DNA of 63,838 nt, filler included, from Choristocarpus tenellus KU-1152 (taxonomy: Eukaryota; Protista; Phaeophyceae): NCBI GenBank assembly GCA_964200185.2. It is 11 parts of 11 records of this genome, joined end to end, with 100 filler letters (N's around TTAATTAATTAA, not from the genome) between each part and the next. Parts side by side here need not be neighbours in the genome. Positions count along the whole stretch, not along the records: positions 61,220 to 63,838 come from CAXNAD020026220.1; 10 more parts are not named here. The stretch is one strand, 5' to 3'. The stretch's first letter is position 1. Each line of letters begins with the position of its first letter. Shown here piece by piece: positions 62,753 through 63,838 of this stretch. The notes under the pieces were generated by a model. The model saw only the letters and a list, made by a program, of their open reading frames with translations. It was not told where the DNA came from and made no database searches. Both the position numbers and the translations under genes were made by a program.

Positions 62753-63412
62753 ATATCTGAACACAAGAAGTTTGGACACTGCATTAAAAAAAATAATCAA
62801 ATTGAAAATATCAAGTGTAAGAGGCAACACTAATCATCTTATGCAATATATACTGCAGAGGGATTGGGTCAATGTGAGCAATTTTGATGGCTCTTGTGCT
62901 GATCCAAAGTATCTTAGAGGGTAGAGCCGCGTCCATTTAGGGGTCAAAATCCAACGTTGCAATTTGGTGTATTTTTGGCTATCGTGTTTGTTAGGAAGTG
63001 TCAATATCTATGTTTCGGATACACCTTTCATAACGTATACATTTTACCCACTTGGAAACATTTCGGAGTAGGAAAATGTCATAAAAAAACCCATGGGAAG
63101 CCAAGCCCCAAATGGACAAACAGGGCAAATCTCGTACTCTCAAAGATACTTTCACTCTGCTGTCTTTGGCATAGGGAATGATGCAGGTGTAGCTTTAGTG
63201 TCTCACCAAAAGATATGGTCAGGTACATCCATACGATGAGAGACATCCTTTCCCAAAACACCAGGAGAAATATGTCTCATGTGGCACTTATTCCGCCAAA
63301 TCTATGTGTGTGTGTGCCTTTTGCAGGCTATTGATGCCTCTCAGCTGCGAGAGATAAGGGCAAAGAACGCTGCAAGCCCCATCAACACCATGCTGGCGGT
63401 CAATTTGGCCAG
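61944..63412 (+). CDS. exons of an unidentified spliced gene (about 61944-62119, ~62570-62626, 63328-63412)
   Basis: Open exon-like segments with AG/GT borders, e.g. AAQNVLNGGDSADPVTQQ|AIDASQLREIRAKNAASPINTMLAVNLAR. No family recognised. Confidence 0.35.
62678..62752. repeat. compound (GT)n-(GA)n microsatellite
   Basis: Read directly from the sequence. Confidence 0.9.
62901..63157 (+). mobile_element. MITE family A, complete copy
   Basis: GATCCAAAGTATCTTAGAGGGTA / TACTCTCAAAGATACTTTCACTC. 4-bp TSD TGCT (62897-62900, 63158-63161). Confidence 0.9.
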
Positions 63413-63838
63413 GTGAGAGCCACAGTGATGTAGAATGTCGTTTTGGGTCTTGCAAAGTATGGGCTGTGCATTGGTGTTGAAGATGTGTATATTTTCTTAG
63501 ATGGGGGTAGAGATGGTGCTTGGCCGGTAGCTTGCACTCAGCATTTGAAAATATCGTATGGGAAGAGTAGAAACCTTATTACTCAAGAGTATATAGTTCA
63601 CTGTAAACAGAACAGTGTAGGTAAATTGACATAGAGATGGTCTTATGGATGAAAAGCAAGTTGTGCTGTGTTGGAGTTATTCTACTCCTGAAATCTCACA
63701 TAAAGAAAATCCTCATCAGTGTGCTAATGTATCTCTACCTCACACTACTTAGGCATTGCGTGTTTGTCTTTTCCCTTGTCCTTCTCCCTTCTCCTCCCCC
63801 CCCCCCCAAGCCCACCGCTACACCCTCAAAGACTGCCC

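Overview
This window is eukaryotic genomic DNA and is not one locus. It is 11 short contigs joined by ten artificial 100-bp linkers (44 N + TTAATTAATTAA + 44 N), so nothing can be inferred about gene neighbourhood across linkers. The intron-rich genes, TTAGGG-type repeats and gene types suggest a stramenopile or brown-alga-like genome (inference). Most long ORFs in the six-frame track are spurious, because the real genes are split into short exons. By manual splicing I reconstructed partial genes for a peroxiredoxin-like AhpC/TSA protein, NMD3, an LRR + multi-IQ protein, an Aurora kinase, a class-3 lipase and a LysM + UBA-like protein. I also reconstructed a decayed six-exon gene of HTH - acidic linker - PHD-like finger - possible methyltransferase-like fold architecture (22761-26515), the best candidate for something undescribed. 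The rest is transposon-rich. It includes a large set of MITEs sharing the terminus GRNNN-AAAGTATCT with 4-bp TSDs (Sola-like, including a triple nested insertion), LTR retrotransposon pieces (one next to a Tudor-like ORF), LINE RT, mariner and pogo remnants, and TIR elements carrying telomere-like repeats. About 3 of 22 reconstructed introns use GC donors. All family assignments come from motif recognition by eye; no database searches were run.
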